Shown in pieces: positions 38,430-52,122 of a stretch of DNA of 64,000 bases. How positions within the stretch are numbered: the stretch's first letter is position 1; every line of letters starts with the position of its first letter. The notes beneath the pieces were generated by a model. That model had not been told where the DNA came from, made no database searches, and saw only the letters and a list, made by a program, of their open reading frames with translations. The stretch lies in the NCBI RefSeq assembly GCF_009914755.1, contig NC_060934.1. One strand, 5' to 3'. This stretch comes from the human T2T-CHM13v2.0 reference genome, Homo sapiens. The translations under genes and the position numbers were made by a program.

Positions 38430-38860
38430 ATTCTAGAATGATCACGTCAGGTCACTCCTCAGCTTGAACTCTGCAGTGTCTTCCATTGCACCTGAGAGAA
38501 AACCCAGGCCCTTTCACATGGTCTTCAGGCCCTTCCAGGATCTGGCTCCTGCTGTCTCTTCAACCTCATGTCCTTCTCCCCTCCTCCTTATACATTACAT
38601 TCTAGCCACCCTGTCCTTTTCATGATAATGCAAATGGCTATCATTTATTAAGTGTGTGAAATGTGTCAGGTTTTGTGTTAAGGGCCTTAAAGCCTTTATT
38701 TTATTTAATCCTCAAAATCTCTGAGGTCTTTACTATTACTAGCCCTATTGTCCAGTTGCGGAAACTGAGAGAGGGCAATAGTTTGTCTCAATCTCAACAG
38801 CCAGCATGTCACAGAGCTGGCATTTATACCCAGATCATCTGACATCAGAACCCAAACCCT
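38430..38860. mobile_element. L2 fragment followed by a MIR
   Basis: gtcactcctcagcttgaactctgcagtgtcttccattgcac...gatctggctcctgc (L2); ggaaactgaga (MIR). Confidence 0.6.
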
Positions 38861-39762
38861 TGATTTCAGAGCTCAGCTCTTGCCAGCAGACTCCACAGGA
38901 GATATTGCTTCTCTTTCCTTCCTTGGCTTTTGCACTTGCCCTTCTCCCGTATTTCCCACGTGCTGTCAGAAGCCCATACATACTAATTCCTTCAGCCCTT
39001 ACTACGTCCCTGCACACCTGTCTGATTTCCAACTAGTGGCAGCTGAACCTTCCTCTCTGAGGGCTTCTGCTGGCTGCCAGAACCCATGCTGCCTGTGCTT
39101 GTGGGGAACTGGAAGTGCAGGGAGCAGATGCTTAACCCGTCCCCTAGAGCCACTGCTGTTAGAGGCAGAAGGGGTCAGGATATGGTCACAGGTCAGGTCA
39201 CTTGGAGTTAGGAAATTCTGTGGTCTCTTTCAGCCTCGGTCTAATCAGCTTTATAAGAGGGCTTAAAATGCCTGTCAAAGAAGGTCTGGTGATAATTGAA
39301 AGGGATAAGAGGTGTGAATACATTGCACTGTGCCCAGCACACAGTGGGCCCCTTGTAACTGCTGGATTCCCTCTCTGCCTTCCCAGCAGAACTAAGGATT
39401 TGAAAGACTAACATGAACACCTGTGAGTTAGGGCCCTTGCTACCTGGAAGCTTGAGGTGGACCTGGAGAACTGGGGACTTGGGGCGGGGCAGAGATAAAT
39501 GATCACTTTTACTCCAGAGCCTGGACATACCTCAAGCCTTTTATTTATTTATTTTTAATAAGCAGACATTTTCAGAAGGTAAAAGTTATTTGAGAGCCTC
39601 TTTCTGCTTATTTCTACCAATAAATGGATTCCATTTCAGGCCACAAGTTGTTCTCTTTCATGGGCTCTCCCTCAGTTTTCTGGGTCATGAGGAACTCTAT
39701 ATAATTTTGGGAGGAGTGAGGGAGGAAGGACCTTTGCTTTCCTTATATACATTTATTTACTA

Positions 39763-39816
39763 TTAGGTTAGTGCAAAAGTAATTGCAAAAACAATAATTA
39801 CTTTTGTGCCTACCTA
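39763..39816. mobile_element. Internally deleted MADE1 hairpin
   Basis: ta-ttaggttagtgcaaaagtaattg...taattacttttgtgcctacctaa-ta: inverted termini with TA TSD. Confidence 0.85.
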
Positions 39817-41687
39817 ATAACAGATGCTAGGGAAAACACTTGGTATTTTTGAGTGCCACCAGCTGAGCCTCCCTCCACAGATCCCAAGGTGATTAGTAAA
39901 CTTGTAAAAAAAAAAAAAAAAGGCTCAATTTTTGCCCTTTACTAATATGGTCTTTTGGTCAAATCTTCAAATATTTTGTCCTAGGGATTATTTCCCATAC
40001 TTTATAAATAAGATTCTAATTATTTTCTATCAAAACTATTTTCTTCCAAAAAAGAAGAAAAATGACTACATTTGCTGACTCTGGAGAGAGCAAGGGAGCC
40101 AAATGCACAGCTGCCCAGCTCTCCCCAGGGCCTGTCCTGTGAACCTGGGTCTTGTGTCCTCCTGTGGCTAAGGTTTTAACTGCTAGAACAAGTGACATGA
40201 TGTTGCTATGCTTCACAATTTGGCCTTTGTCACAATATCTTTGGTAAAACTCTCAATACTCTGTAAACTCTTTAAAAAGTATTCATTCTCATTTATTTAG
40301 TCACTTAATAATTTGTTCCACACATATTTACTGGATACCTACTAGGTTTATGTTTGGTGCAGGAGGAAGTAGACAGACACAATCCCCACCCTAGCAGAGC
40401 TTACAGGGCAGGACCGCTGTGAGCCCATACAATGCCTTATGCCAATTAGGAAGAGGCATCGCATCCTCCTGGCAGGTGCAACCCAAGGTACAGGGCAAAG
40501 TGAGAAGAGAAGAGGCCTTGCTCCTCTGCTGGGCACCCTTGGGCCCTGCACATCCTGAATAACTATTCTTGGCAGCCCTGATGGACAGCAATGGACATTA
40601 AACAAATAATTACAGAAATGGCCACTTAATTACAATCCTGTTATGCACTAGTATGAAAACTATATAATGCATAATAATGGTGTCTCTAGCATAGAGAAAT
40701 CTGGGACAATTACTTCTGAAGGAAGAATGAGGTGAGAACAGGCCATGAGAAGTGAGAGCATTTCTGAGCGGAACACCCTCCAGTGCACTTGCCTGTCATC
40801 ATGGCACATGTGCAGGAGAGGGAGGTGAGTTAACCTGTGGTGGAGAAGGAGCAGACCATGTAGAGCATTTTAACTTTAGAGTTTCTGGTCTAAATACCAT
40901 GACCATTCATTTTAAAATTATTTTTCTGTATATTCGTAACCAGATATTATTGCGTGTCAAAAGAATGCCTTTTTAGGACTTTACCTGGGGCTAAAAATGA
41001 TATATTTGCTTTTATAATCATTGTTCTACATAAATAAATTGAGTTACTTCGTATTTAAGTATGTTTCTATATTGATGAGAGTAGAATTATTTTCAGACAG
41101 ACCTGAGTTTGACCTGGTTCCATGACTTAGTAATAATGCAATATTGGGCAAATTGCTTCACTTTTTGCCTCAGTTTATTGATTTCTAGAATGGGAGTTTC
41201 AGTCCTTACCTTTCAGGGTGTGAGGGAAGATTAAATGGGATAATGCAGTGCCATTCCCTATGGAACTGTGATTCTGGAGAAGTCAGAAACTGATCTCTGT
41301 CCCCAGATGATGGGAGAGCCAGCGACTGTCCTGACAGGTACCTACTGGAATGCACTTTTGTCTAATGAAACACTAGAGGAAGCTACAAATCCTTCAGTCC
41401 AGTTTATTTCCCCACTGAAAGGTACTTGTTCGATTATTGCATTCTTAATGATGTCCTCCATGGCATGTGTTTTGCTGTGAGGGGGGACATATATTTACTC
41501 AACACGTTCCTTTTGGAGTGGTTCTCATGTCTCCACTTATGGTATTAATTTGATTCTGAGTACAGATCCACCTGCTTCAGAAACTCCATGTCTTGTAGTT
41601 GTTCAAAGCAAAAATAAAAAATTGACTGTTTCTCTGGTCATGGCCTGCTGTGCATTCAAGAAGCATGAAGTGCCATTTAAGTCATTC

Positions 41688-41925
41688 TTTTTTTTTTTTT
41701 GAGATGGAGTCTCGCACTGTTGCTGGGGCTGGAATGCAGTGGCACAGTCTCAGCTCACTGCAACCTCTGTCTCCTGGGTTCAAGCAATTCTCCTGCCTCA
41801 GCCTCCCGAGTAGCTGAGAGATTACAGGCGACCGCCACCATGCTCAGCTAATTTTTTGTATTTTTAGTAGAAATGGGATTTCACCATGTTGGCCAGGCTG
41901 GTCTCAAACTCCTGACCTCGTGATT
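41688..41925 (-). mobile_element. 5'-truncated AluS, antisense
   Basis: T-tail, right arm and part of left arm; TSD ttaagtcattctt. Confidence 0.92.
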
Positions 41926-43509
41926 CATTAAGTCATTCTTGAAAGTCAGTGTGTACTTCAAAGAGCCCTCCCTTGAGTTAGGCCTCTGGAGGTGGCCACA
42001 TGTAATGAGCACAGCAAGGCGCTCTTGCCTGCTAGCCTCCAGCTTGGAGGTGAGGAAGACTGCTGGAGGTTCATTTCCAGGAATATTGGTTAGTGGTTGC
42101 ACCCATACCGACAGAGGTCACCGAGGCAGGAACACCCAGGGTGAGGTCAGCCAGTGTGTCAGCCAGCATGGGCTCAGATGCAAATGACCAGAGTCATAGC
42201 CTGACTTTAAACAGTGGGGACAGAAGGTCATTACCTGCTGTTTTCTTCATTGTATTGTTTATTGGATGGTGGCTAAAGTGGAAGAACAGAATTAATAGTG
42301 AATCACATAATTTATGGAAGCAATTGTTAGAGACACAAAGGAAGCCTCTGGGTACAACTAGGATAGTTGTCCTAAAAAGTTAGAGGCAACCTGGGGACCA
42401 CTGTTTCCTGGGTCTCCTCCAAAATGTTTATGAGAGATGGGATTTGGAATTGCACAGGCTTGGCCATGCATTCTCATTGCAGACGAGCTGGCTGCCTCCC
42501 CCAGAAAAGGTGCTATTAGAAGACTTTTGCCCCACATGTGTAAACCTCAGCAAAAAAGTGACTTTGTAAAAGTATGTTCAGTTCTTTTCTTGCACTCAGC
42601 CTACATTCTCAATTCCGCAGGCGCTGCTGAGTAATTATGTGGTAAAAGCTTTTTCATGCAGTAACAATCTCTAAACCCACTGCAGAGTGACTGTCGATGA
42701 TGCTTCATTGTGGGCATTTGGATCAGTTAGACCCCTGATTGTGGGGCAAAAGATGGCGTCATCTTCCAAAATTATTCTGTGCATTTGCAACATGTAGTGG
42801 GATGAGGTTTGCTTCTCCCAGAGGCAGTTCGTGTCCTTTATTCTTGAGAGACAGAGACGCTGCTCCAAGAAATGTGTCATAGGGACCATGTGCATGTAGA
42901 AGGAGATTATGAAGAACGTGGTAATGTGTGTAGCCTGACACCCATCCCCAGGACGGTGGGTGAGTGTGGGTGTGGGTGGCAGGACTGGGCCACCTTGGTA
43001 GAGATGAGCAGTAGGGAAGGGTCACCAGGCTCTGCCAGCACTTGAGACCTGCCTGCCACAGCTAAGTGAGTAACATCACAGGGGATAGAGCCGGGGGTCC
43101 CAGGGACACCCAGGGGACTAGAGTCAGTGTCTTTAGCACAGGCACCTTTTCAGTCCTTCCTCCTCAAGCTGGCATTGTCTAGCGGGGGATGTTGCCTGTG
43201 GATGGTAGAGGCAGAGGAGGGGCAGAGCCCAGGCACCTTGCAGCTGCCTGTCTCAGGGTTCCCTGCTGTTATGGTTGGCCTGTTACCCCTGATAGCTCCT
43301 ATGGTGGGAAGAGCTGGAGCTTGTGAAGCCCTTGGTGCTCAGATGAGGGTGTAAGCATTACTAGCCTTTGGCATCAAGTCCAGATTGGCAGATGCTCAAT
43401 GCAATTAAAAAAAAAACACACTCAGCTTGTCATTTGGCCCTGACTAATCTCTGCAGCCTTGTCCATGAGGGACAGAGGAGAGAACATTTCTGAAGGTGTA
43501 GATTTTTTG

Positions 43510-44200
43510 GGTGTTGTGAAATATACATAACAGAAAATTTACCATCTTAGCCATTTTTAAGTGTGCAGTGACGTTAAGTACATTCACAGCGTTGTGCAGC
43601 CATCACCACCATCTATCCACAGAACTCCTTTCATCTTGCAGAACTAAAACTCTGTACCCGTTAAACACTGACTCCCCATTCCCCTTCGCCAAGCCCCTGG
43701 CAACCACCACTCTGTTTTCCGCCTGTGATTTCAATTACTCTAGGTCCCTCATATAAATGGAATCATACCGTATTCGTCTTGTTGTGACTGTTTTCTTTCA
43801 CTTAGCATACGCATCCTCAGGATTCATCCATGTTGTAGCATATCTCAGAATTTCCTCCCTTTTTAAGACTGAATATTATTCCACTTTATGTGTACGTGAC
43901 ATTTTGTTTGTCCATTCATCCAGCAGTGTACACTTGGGTTGCTCTCATGTTTTAGCTATTGCGAATAATGCTGCTACAGACACAGGGGTACAGATACCTC
44001 TTTGAGCCTCTGATTTCCATTCTTTCTGGGTATAAACCCAGAGGTGGAATTGCTGGATCATATGGTAATTCTGTTTTTAATGTTTTGAGGAACCACTATA
44101 CTGCTTTCCACCGCAGCTGCATCATTTTACATTTCCACGAACAGTACATATCCAACGTCCTTGCCAATACTTGTTATTTTCGGTTTTAATTTTTTTTATA
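43510..44200 (-). mobile_element. L1MB 3' end, antisense
   Basis: aaatttaccatcttagccatttttaagtgtgcagt...tataaacccagaggtggaattgctggatcatatgg. Confidence 0.85.
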
Positions 44201-45638
44201 GTGGACTCCCTGAGATTTTGACAGAGCCCCTGGGGGGATGTGTCATCTTCTCTGCCTGGGAGACTAGAGTCAAAGTAAAATGAAGATGTAGTAACTGAGT
44301 TTCCACATTCTCTCGATCCTCCCAAAAGCAAGTTGCCCATTCCTGCTGCTAAGCTCCTCACTGCCCTTCCTGCCCCGCAACACAGAGCCCTGGTCAAGGC
44401 TCTCATTCAAGGCCCAGCTCACACCCCCACCTTCTAGGAAACTTCCCCTCCCATACACAGACTCTCCTGCTCCCCGGGCCTCACTCTTCCCTCTTCCACC
44501 TCCAGCCAGTGGAGGTTGGAGTGTGAGCCTGTCCTCCCTTCTAGACTACAAGCCCCCGGAAAGCAGGCCTGCCTGCTCATCTCCCCATCTCTTTGGGCCC
44601 AGCCCAGCACGTTGTATGTGTTATAGGTTTGGTGAACAGCACAGGCTGAGTTGTTGAACTTCCACAGAGAAAGAAACCAGAAAACCTAGGGAAACTTTTG
44701 AATCAGACTGGCAGGAGGGCCCATTGGTTTGAGGCTTTGTGTAGCCCATCTGAGCAGAGCCAGGGGACCAGAGTGTCAACCAGGGAATAGGATGATGCCC
44801 AGGCCATCTCCACTCAGACATTTGCTAGGGAAGTCTATGCCAGAAGAAGAGAAGGGTCATTGTCAGGGCCAGGGATTCTCCCTGAGCGTTTGGTTTTGGC
44901 TGAGGAGTGACATGTGCTTGGTTGATGGCGTCACTTCTGCTTTGAGAAGGCATTGCTGATCAGAGTTCTGGGACCATCTGTAGGTCTCTGAAGGTGAGGA
45001 TCTTTATAGGGCTGCCAGTTTGCCTGCATGGCACTGTGGCAGACACAAGGAGGCAAACTGGAGAGCCAGCCACTTAGCCAGCACCTGCCATTGCCCAATT
45101 CCAAATCCATTTGCTCTTACCCTTTCCTGGTCCTTCAGGAAACTAAGTCCTGGGTGGAGGCCCAAGGCTTCCTCTTTATTTACGAAAGCAATTTAATAGG
45201 ATAAGAATGATTTTTGTTTTTTTCCCATCTTTGTCTTTCTACTACATCATTGTGATTTTCAGGGCCAGAGATTTGGCCACACAAAGCCAAGGGACGAGTA
45301 TGATATTCTGCCTTTACTCATGGACATTCTTTCCTTTCATTGCCCTGATAGTTTTTCTGGCCTCTGCTCACTTTTACCTTCTCGTAGCAGGCCCAGAAAA
45401 GGGCTTTGGCTCTTTCTCCTTCTCTTTGTGTCCCTCCAGCATTTGGGAAGCTAGGGTGATGCTTCTGCCCTGGAAGGGAGGCTCAGAGACCTCACTTGTC
45501 CTCTTCTGCTGGTAACCCATGCTCAGCAGAAGTGGGGTCCTGAATGTTGTCTCGTCTCACTCTGCCCTGGAAGTGGCAATGCAGCTTAAAGGAAGGTTGG
45601 ATAGGGGTTTGGCTGCCTTCCAGTTTTTTATTTAAATC

Positions 45639-46185
45639 TATAATGGTTAATATTGAGTGTCAACTTGATTGGGTTGAAGGATGCAAAGTATTGTTCCTGG
45701 GTTTATCTGTGAGGGTGTTGCCCAAGGAGATTCACATTTGAGTCAGTGGACTGGGAGAGGCAGACCCACCCTCAATCTGGGTGGGCACCATCTAATCAGC
45801 TGCCAGCGCGGCTAGAATAAAGCAGGCAGATGAACGTGGAAGGATTTGACTTGTTGAGTCTTCCAGCCTTTATCTTTCTCCTGTGCTAGATGCTTCCTGC
45901 CCTTGAACATTGGACTCCAAATTCTTCAGCTTTTGGAATCTTGGACTTAACCAATGGTTTGCCAGGGGCTCTCGGGCCTACAGCCACAGACTGAAGGCTG
46001 CACTGTGGGCTTCCCTATTTTTGAGGTTTTGGGACTTGGACGGCTTTCTTGCTCCTCAGCTTGCAGATGGCCTTTTGTGGGACATCACCTTGGGTTCGTG
46101 TGAGTCAATACTCCTTAGTAAAATCCCTTTCATATATACGTCTATCCTATTAGTCCTGTCCCTCTAGAGAACCCTGACTCACACA
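45639..46185 (+). mobile_element. Solo HERV-L LTR, MLT2A (MLT2A2-length)
   Basis: atggttaatattgagtgtcaacttgattgg...gtccctctagagaaccctgact MLT2A termini; ~547 bp; near-TSD aaatc/aactc. Confidence 0.88.
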
Positions 46186-47985
46186 AACTCCTTCTTGAGA
46201 ATGGAAAATGGACCTGCATTCTATACCTCCCCTGTCCCCCAACCTGCTATAGAGCCTTCCTGTTCAGTTCTCTCACACAGTGGCACCAGAAGTCCTCATC
46301 TCTTCTCTGTGGCACCAGCCTTGAAAACCTAGGGATCTGCATCACTCAGAATCACTCATCAATTCCTTTAATAACTCGCTGGGGAATTCTAACCTGGAGA
46401 TTTTCCCAAAGCATGCTTGAACCAGTTTGCATTTTCTCTCCTACCCATTTGAGAAGAGCACATTCTCTCTCCTCCAGCATGTACTCTTCAAACCAGTCAG
46501 TCCCAAGTCCTCACAGTCCTTGCCCTGGTCTGTGGCTCCTGCTCCTTCCCCCAACGCAGTGCCCTCCTGGCTCTTCCCTATAGCCTACCCTGCCTGGCAC
46601 AGTAGATGTTGAGAAAATGCATCCACATCCTGCCTACCCATCTGTCAGGTCTGGATTCATGTTTCCAAACTTCCTAGAAACCTTTGATTATCAAGATCCA
46701 CATTTGCTTCTCCATATCATCTATCTTGTCTCCCTTGCAAAGTGGTTGTTAGGATAATGCTAGAGAATACATGAGAGAGTGTTTCCCACTGTAAACCTGA
46801 ATGTAAAGAAGAATTAAAAGCACAGTTCTATGATTGTTTTCAGCACTGGATAATTTGTTATGTGTATTGATTCACAGGTGAAATGAATAATAGATGTTCA
46901 CAGGTGTAGGTCTAACATGTATGTTCAATGTTTTACTAGAGTTCAGGGACCCTAGGTAGCATGTTCTTTTTTAAAAAATAGATGTTCCTGAAATAGTTGT
47001 CTTTTTTTTTAATCTTTAAGAATGATGAACATAGATAATGGAAATGAAAGTTATTTTTCTTCATTTTCTAAAATAAGGCATTCAATAAGAACAAGTCCTG
47101 AAATAAATGTTTAGTTAAACCCTAATATTTCTTGATTAAGAAGAAATAAATGCCTTTCAAAGAAAGGCATTTATTTCAAAGAAATCTCTAGAAATTAGAG
47201 GGCAAATCATAACCCTATGAGAACCTATTATTTAATAAAAAGAAATGGCATGATTTGATCAACACAGCATATTATAAACTTGCAAGCGATGCTTCCCATC
47301 CTCATTAATCACATTTTTGAAGTGGACGTTGAAAATTGTGTATGTGTTTTAAAAATTGATATTTTGGAGGAGAAACCCAGTAGGAGAATGATTGATTATT
47401 AATAAGTCAAGAAAGAGCTACATTCCTCTAGAGCTGCATTCATCAAAGTGTTGCTTTCCGTTGTTTCCATCAACAATAGTATTTTATTCAGTACAACGTG
47501 AAACTTCTTGACCCATGTGAAAAACTGAGAGACATCCCTTTTTATCATAGATTCCCTTTTTCCATCTGTATTTATCGCAGTTTCATGAGGCACCATACCT
47601 TTCCAAAGGTTGACTGCTCCAGTGTTGGTTATAGGACCTTCAATTGTTTGTTCATGAAAACGTCATGGTTTAGTTCATAGGCATTGGAATAGTGGGAAGT
47701 TCCTAGGCACTGGAACAGAGAGACATGAGTTGAATCCAAAATAGCTTTTGTGACTTTGATAATTGCTTAATTTCTCTAAGCTTTGATTTTCTATTTTTGA
47801 AATGGATATAATAATAGTTCATAATATTATTATGAGGGTTATATCATGAAACTTTCCAAATATGCTGATTTGTTTTAGTCACATGCTATTGAATTTCTTA
47901 AGAATAATGAACACATGTGGACCATGATGATTGGTGTTAGATTTGGGGAATTAATGTAGATGGCAATTGTTTAAAATTGCCAAAC

Positions 47986-48920
47986 TTTTTTTTTAACTTT
48001 TAGATTTAGGGGTATATGTGTAGGTTTGCTATATAGGTAAATTGTGTGTTGTGGAGTTTTGGTGTACAAATTATTTGGTCACCCAGGTAATAAGCATAGT
48101 ACTCAATAGGTGTTTTTTTGATCCTCACCCTCCTCCCACCCTTCACCCTCAAATAGGCCTCAGTTTTTGTCATTCTCGTCTTTGTGTTCATATGTACTCA
48201 GTGTTTGGCTCCCAGTTATAAGTGAGAACAAATGGTACGTGGTTTTCTATTTCTGCATTAGTTTGCTTAGGATAAAGGTCTCCACCTCCATCTACGTTGC
48301 TGCAAAGGACATGATCTCATTCTTTTTCATGGCTGCATAGTATTCCATGCTGTGTATGTACCACATTTTCTTTATCCAGTCTACCACTGATGAACATTTA
48401 GGTTAATTTAATGACTTTGCTATTGTGAATAGTGCTGCGATGAACATACCCATGCTATGTCTTTATGGTAGAACAATTTATATTCCTGTGGGTATACATC
48501 CAATAATGGGATTGCTGGGTCAAATAGTAATTCTGTTTTAAGTTCTTTGAGAAATTGCCAAACTGCTTTCCACAATGGCTGAACTAATTTATATTCCCAC
48601 TAGCAGTGTATAAGCATTCTGTTTCCACAACCTCGCCAACATCTGTTATTTTTTTACTTTTTAATAGTAACCACTCTGACTGTCATGAAATGGTATCTCT
48701 TGGTGGCTTTGATTTGCATTTCTCTAATCATTAGTGATGTTGAGCATTTTTTCATATGCTTTTTGGCAACATGAATGTCTTCTTTTCAAAAGTGTCTGTT
48801 CATGTCCTTTGCCCAACTTTTGATGGGGTTGTTTGGTTTTTGCTTATAAATTCGTTTAAGTTCCTTATGGATTATAGATATTAGACCTTTGTCAGATGCA
48901 TAGTTTGTAAATATTTTCTC
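47986..48920 (-). mobile_element. 5'-truncated older L1PA (L1PA15/16-like) 3' end, antisense
   Basis: tttagatttaggggtatatgtgtaggtttg...ttagacctttgtcagatgcatagtttg; approximate TSD aaaattgccaaacttttt / aaaattccaaaattttt. Confidence 0.85.
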
Positions 48921-49019
48921 AAAATTCCAAAATTTTTAGATAAAGTACTTCTGATTCTAGACATGAGGGAGAAACTGGTACTGAACTTGCCATTATTATT
49001 ATTATTATTATTGTTATTT

Positions 49020-51730
49020 AATATTAATGAAATCAATAAACTCCTAACAAGACTGATCCAGGGAAAATAGAGAACCCACACAAATTAGCAATATCAGGAA
49101 AGAAAGAAAAGCTATTAAATATTTCCAAAAATCCTAAATACTTAAAAAAAAGATAATTTTGTGAGCGGTTTCATGCCAACAAATTTAAAAACTAAGTAAA
49201 ATGATTAATTTCCTTGTAAACCACTGCTAACCAAAATGGATACTAGATGAAGGCGAAATCTAATTTTTAATTTAAAACCTTTTCAGCAAGAAAGCTCCAG
49301 GCCCAGGTGGTTTCACTGGTGTCTTTAATCATACATTTAAGGAAGAACAAATGTTAACCTTACCTAAAACTTTCAAAAAAGCCAGAAGAACAGGGAACAT
49401 TTCCCAACTGGCTCTGTAAGGCTATACAGATAAGGTAATAGGATAATCGTGATAACAAAATCTGATAAAGATATTGCAGAGAAGAAAACTATAGGCCAAT
49501 ATTCCTCATAAATGTAGATACAGAATTCTCAAATTATCAAGATAAGTCCAACAATACATAAAAAAGAATTTGAACTAATTCCAGAAATGCAGTTGATTTA
49601 AAAGTTGAAAATCAGCCATTGCAAGTAAGCACATTAACAAAATAAAGAAGAAAAATCATATAATCATCTCATAGATGTGGAAAAAGCAACACTTATGCAT
49701 GACAAAAAATCTGTCATTAACCTAGGAATAGAAAGAAACTTCCCAGTCTGATAAAGGGCATCTATGAAAAGCTTGATGCTAACTTCATACTTAGTGGTGA
49801 AAGATTGAATGCTTTTCCTGTTTGATTGCAGACATCATAAAGAGATGTCTATTTCTACTGTTTCTATTCACAATTTTAGTGGTGGTCCTAGTCAGTACAA
49901 TTAGACAATAAAATAAAATAAAAGGCAAGGAAGAAGTAAAATTAGTTTTATTTGCAGATAACACGATTATTTGTTTATAAAGTCCTAAGATCTACAAAAT
50001 GTATTAGAATAAGTGAATTTTGCAAGATCATAGGATACAAGGTCAATATAGAAAATCAATTGAATATTTATACAATGTCAATATGCAATTAGAAAATAGA
50101 GACTTTTAAAGTACCATTTATAGGTACTTAGGAATTAATAAACAAAAACTGTGAAACCTATATTTTTCAAACTGCAAAACATTGCTAAAAAGCTAAATAA
50201 GACTTAAATAAGTGGAAAGTATACCATATTCATGAGTTGAATTATCCAATATTGTTAAGATATTGATTATCCCTAAATTTAAGTATAGATTCAACATAAT
50301 CCTATTTAGATTCTGTATGTAGAACTTGGAAAGCTGATTATAAAATTTATATGAAAATCCAAAGGACCTAGGATAGCCGAACAATTTTCAGAAAGGGGGA
50401 TACATTTGAAGTACTGACAGTACCCAATTTCAAGAGTTCTTATAAAGTTATAGTGATCAAGCCAATGTGGTTAAGGACAGATAAATAGATCAATAAAACA
50501 GAATAGAGTCAAGAAATTGACCCACACCTTTCAAAAAAGGTGTCAAGGTAATCTAGTGGCAAATGGAAAGATTAAAATCAATGATATTAGAAATTCTGAA
50601 TAAAAGTGTGGGAAAAAAGTAAGCTTGACCCCTACCTCATGCTATATATAAAACTTATTTCAAAATTAATCACATACTAAAAAGTTCATCTATAAATCAT
50701 ATAGAAGATAATATAGAATAATATCTTTGGTACTTTGGGATAGACAAAGATTTCTTTAGGAGAAACACAACAGCACCAATAATAGAAAATAAAAGATAAA
50801 TTGAACTCAAGCAAAATTAAAAATGTCTGCTTTTCAAAAGATATTCTAGAAATAAAATGGCAAGTCACAGGCTGAAAGAAAATATTTACAGTTCATATGT
50901 CTCAAAAGGACTTGTGCATTCATATCCACAATATATAAAGAGTATGTACAGATCAGCAATAAAAAAAGCCCAATACAAATGTAGGCAAAAGACTTGAACA
51001 GAGACTACATAAAGGGAACTGTATGTATGATCAGTAAGCACATGAAAAGGTGCTCCATTATTCCTCATTAGGGAAATACAAATTAAAATCACTTCATGAC
51101 AATTAGAATAGCTAAATTCAAAAAGATCAGCAATGCCAAAATGTTGATGGGTATGGATTTAAGTGTAATTCTCAAATGTTGCTGGTGATGTATAAATTGT
51201 TACTGCCACTTTGTGAATTGGTTGTCAGTTTCTTATAAAGTAATCATATACTTATCCTACTACCTAGCAGATGCATTTCTAGGTATTTGCCCAAGAGAAA
51301 TAAAAACATACATTCATAAAAGGTCTTGTACAAAATATTAATAGCAGTTTTATTCCTAATGATCCCAAACTAGAAACAACCCAAAGTTAATCAATAGGAG
51401 AATGGATAGCAATTAAAAGGAACAAACTACTAACAAATATTGCAACATGGATGAATCTAGAAAACATTATGTTGAGAAAAGGAAGTCAGACAGAAAAGAG
51501 TATAAGCTATAATATTCTGTTTATATGCAGTCCAAGCACAATCAAAACTAGTCTATGGTGTAGAAATTAGAGTAGTTGTCCTAAGTGGGGAGGTCATTGG
51601 CAAGGGAGGGAACTGGCTGGCAAGAGCTGTAACGGATTATTCTGAGGTGATGGAAATGTTCTCTATGTTTATTGAGGTCTTGCTTACATGAGTGTCTATG
51701 TTTTGGGGAACTTAAGACTTATGCACCTTG
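49020..51730 (+). mobile_element. Degraded L1M (MC/ME-like) ORF2 and 3'UTR, sense
   Basis: ccaggcccaggtggtttcactggt, aactataggccaatattcctcataaatgtagat, gcaacatggatgaatctagaaaacattatgttgag. Confidence 0.8.
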
Positions 51731-52070
51731 GACACTCCTTTTAATGCTCTTTGCATAAGTTGCTCCTTCTCATCTTTCAGGTTTATATAAAGTGGAGTCT
51801 CCTCTCCTGTCATCAACCATTCTGTTTTTCATAAGCCTATTTGTTGCTTTCCTAACTTTTTTTTACAATTTGTAATTATTTCTCTGTAAATTCCATAAGG
51901 CCAAAACCCAAGTGTGTCTTATTTGCCCCCCAGAACTGAGCATAATACCTGGCCAGACTTGTAGCAGGAACTGAGTAAATATCTGTTGAATTAGTAGCTT
52001 CCTTATAAAATGCTCAATTCTGTTGCCCCAGGTGGTGATAATGATGGTGATTGTGTTGTTAGTGGTGGTG

Positions 52071-52072
<2 letters not shown>

Positions 52073-52120
<48 letters not shown>
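52073..52120. repeat. (GT)24 microsatellite
   Basis: Seen directly. Confidence 0.97.
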
Positions 52121-52122
<2 letters not shown>

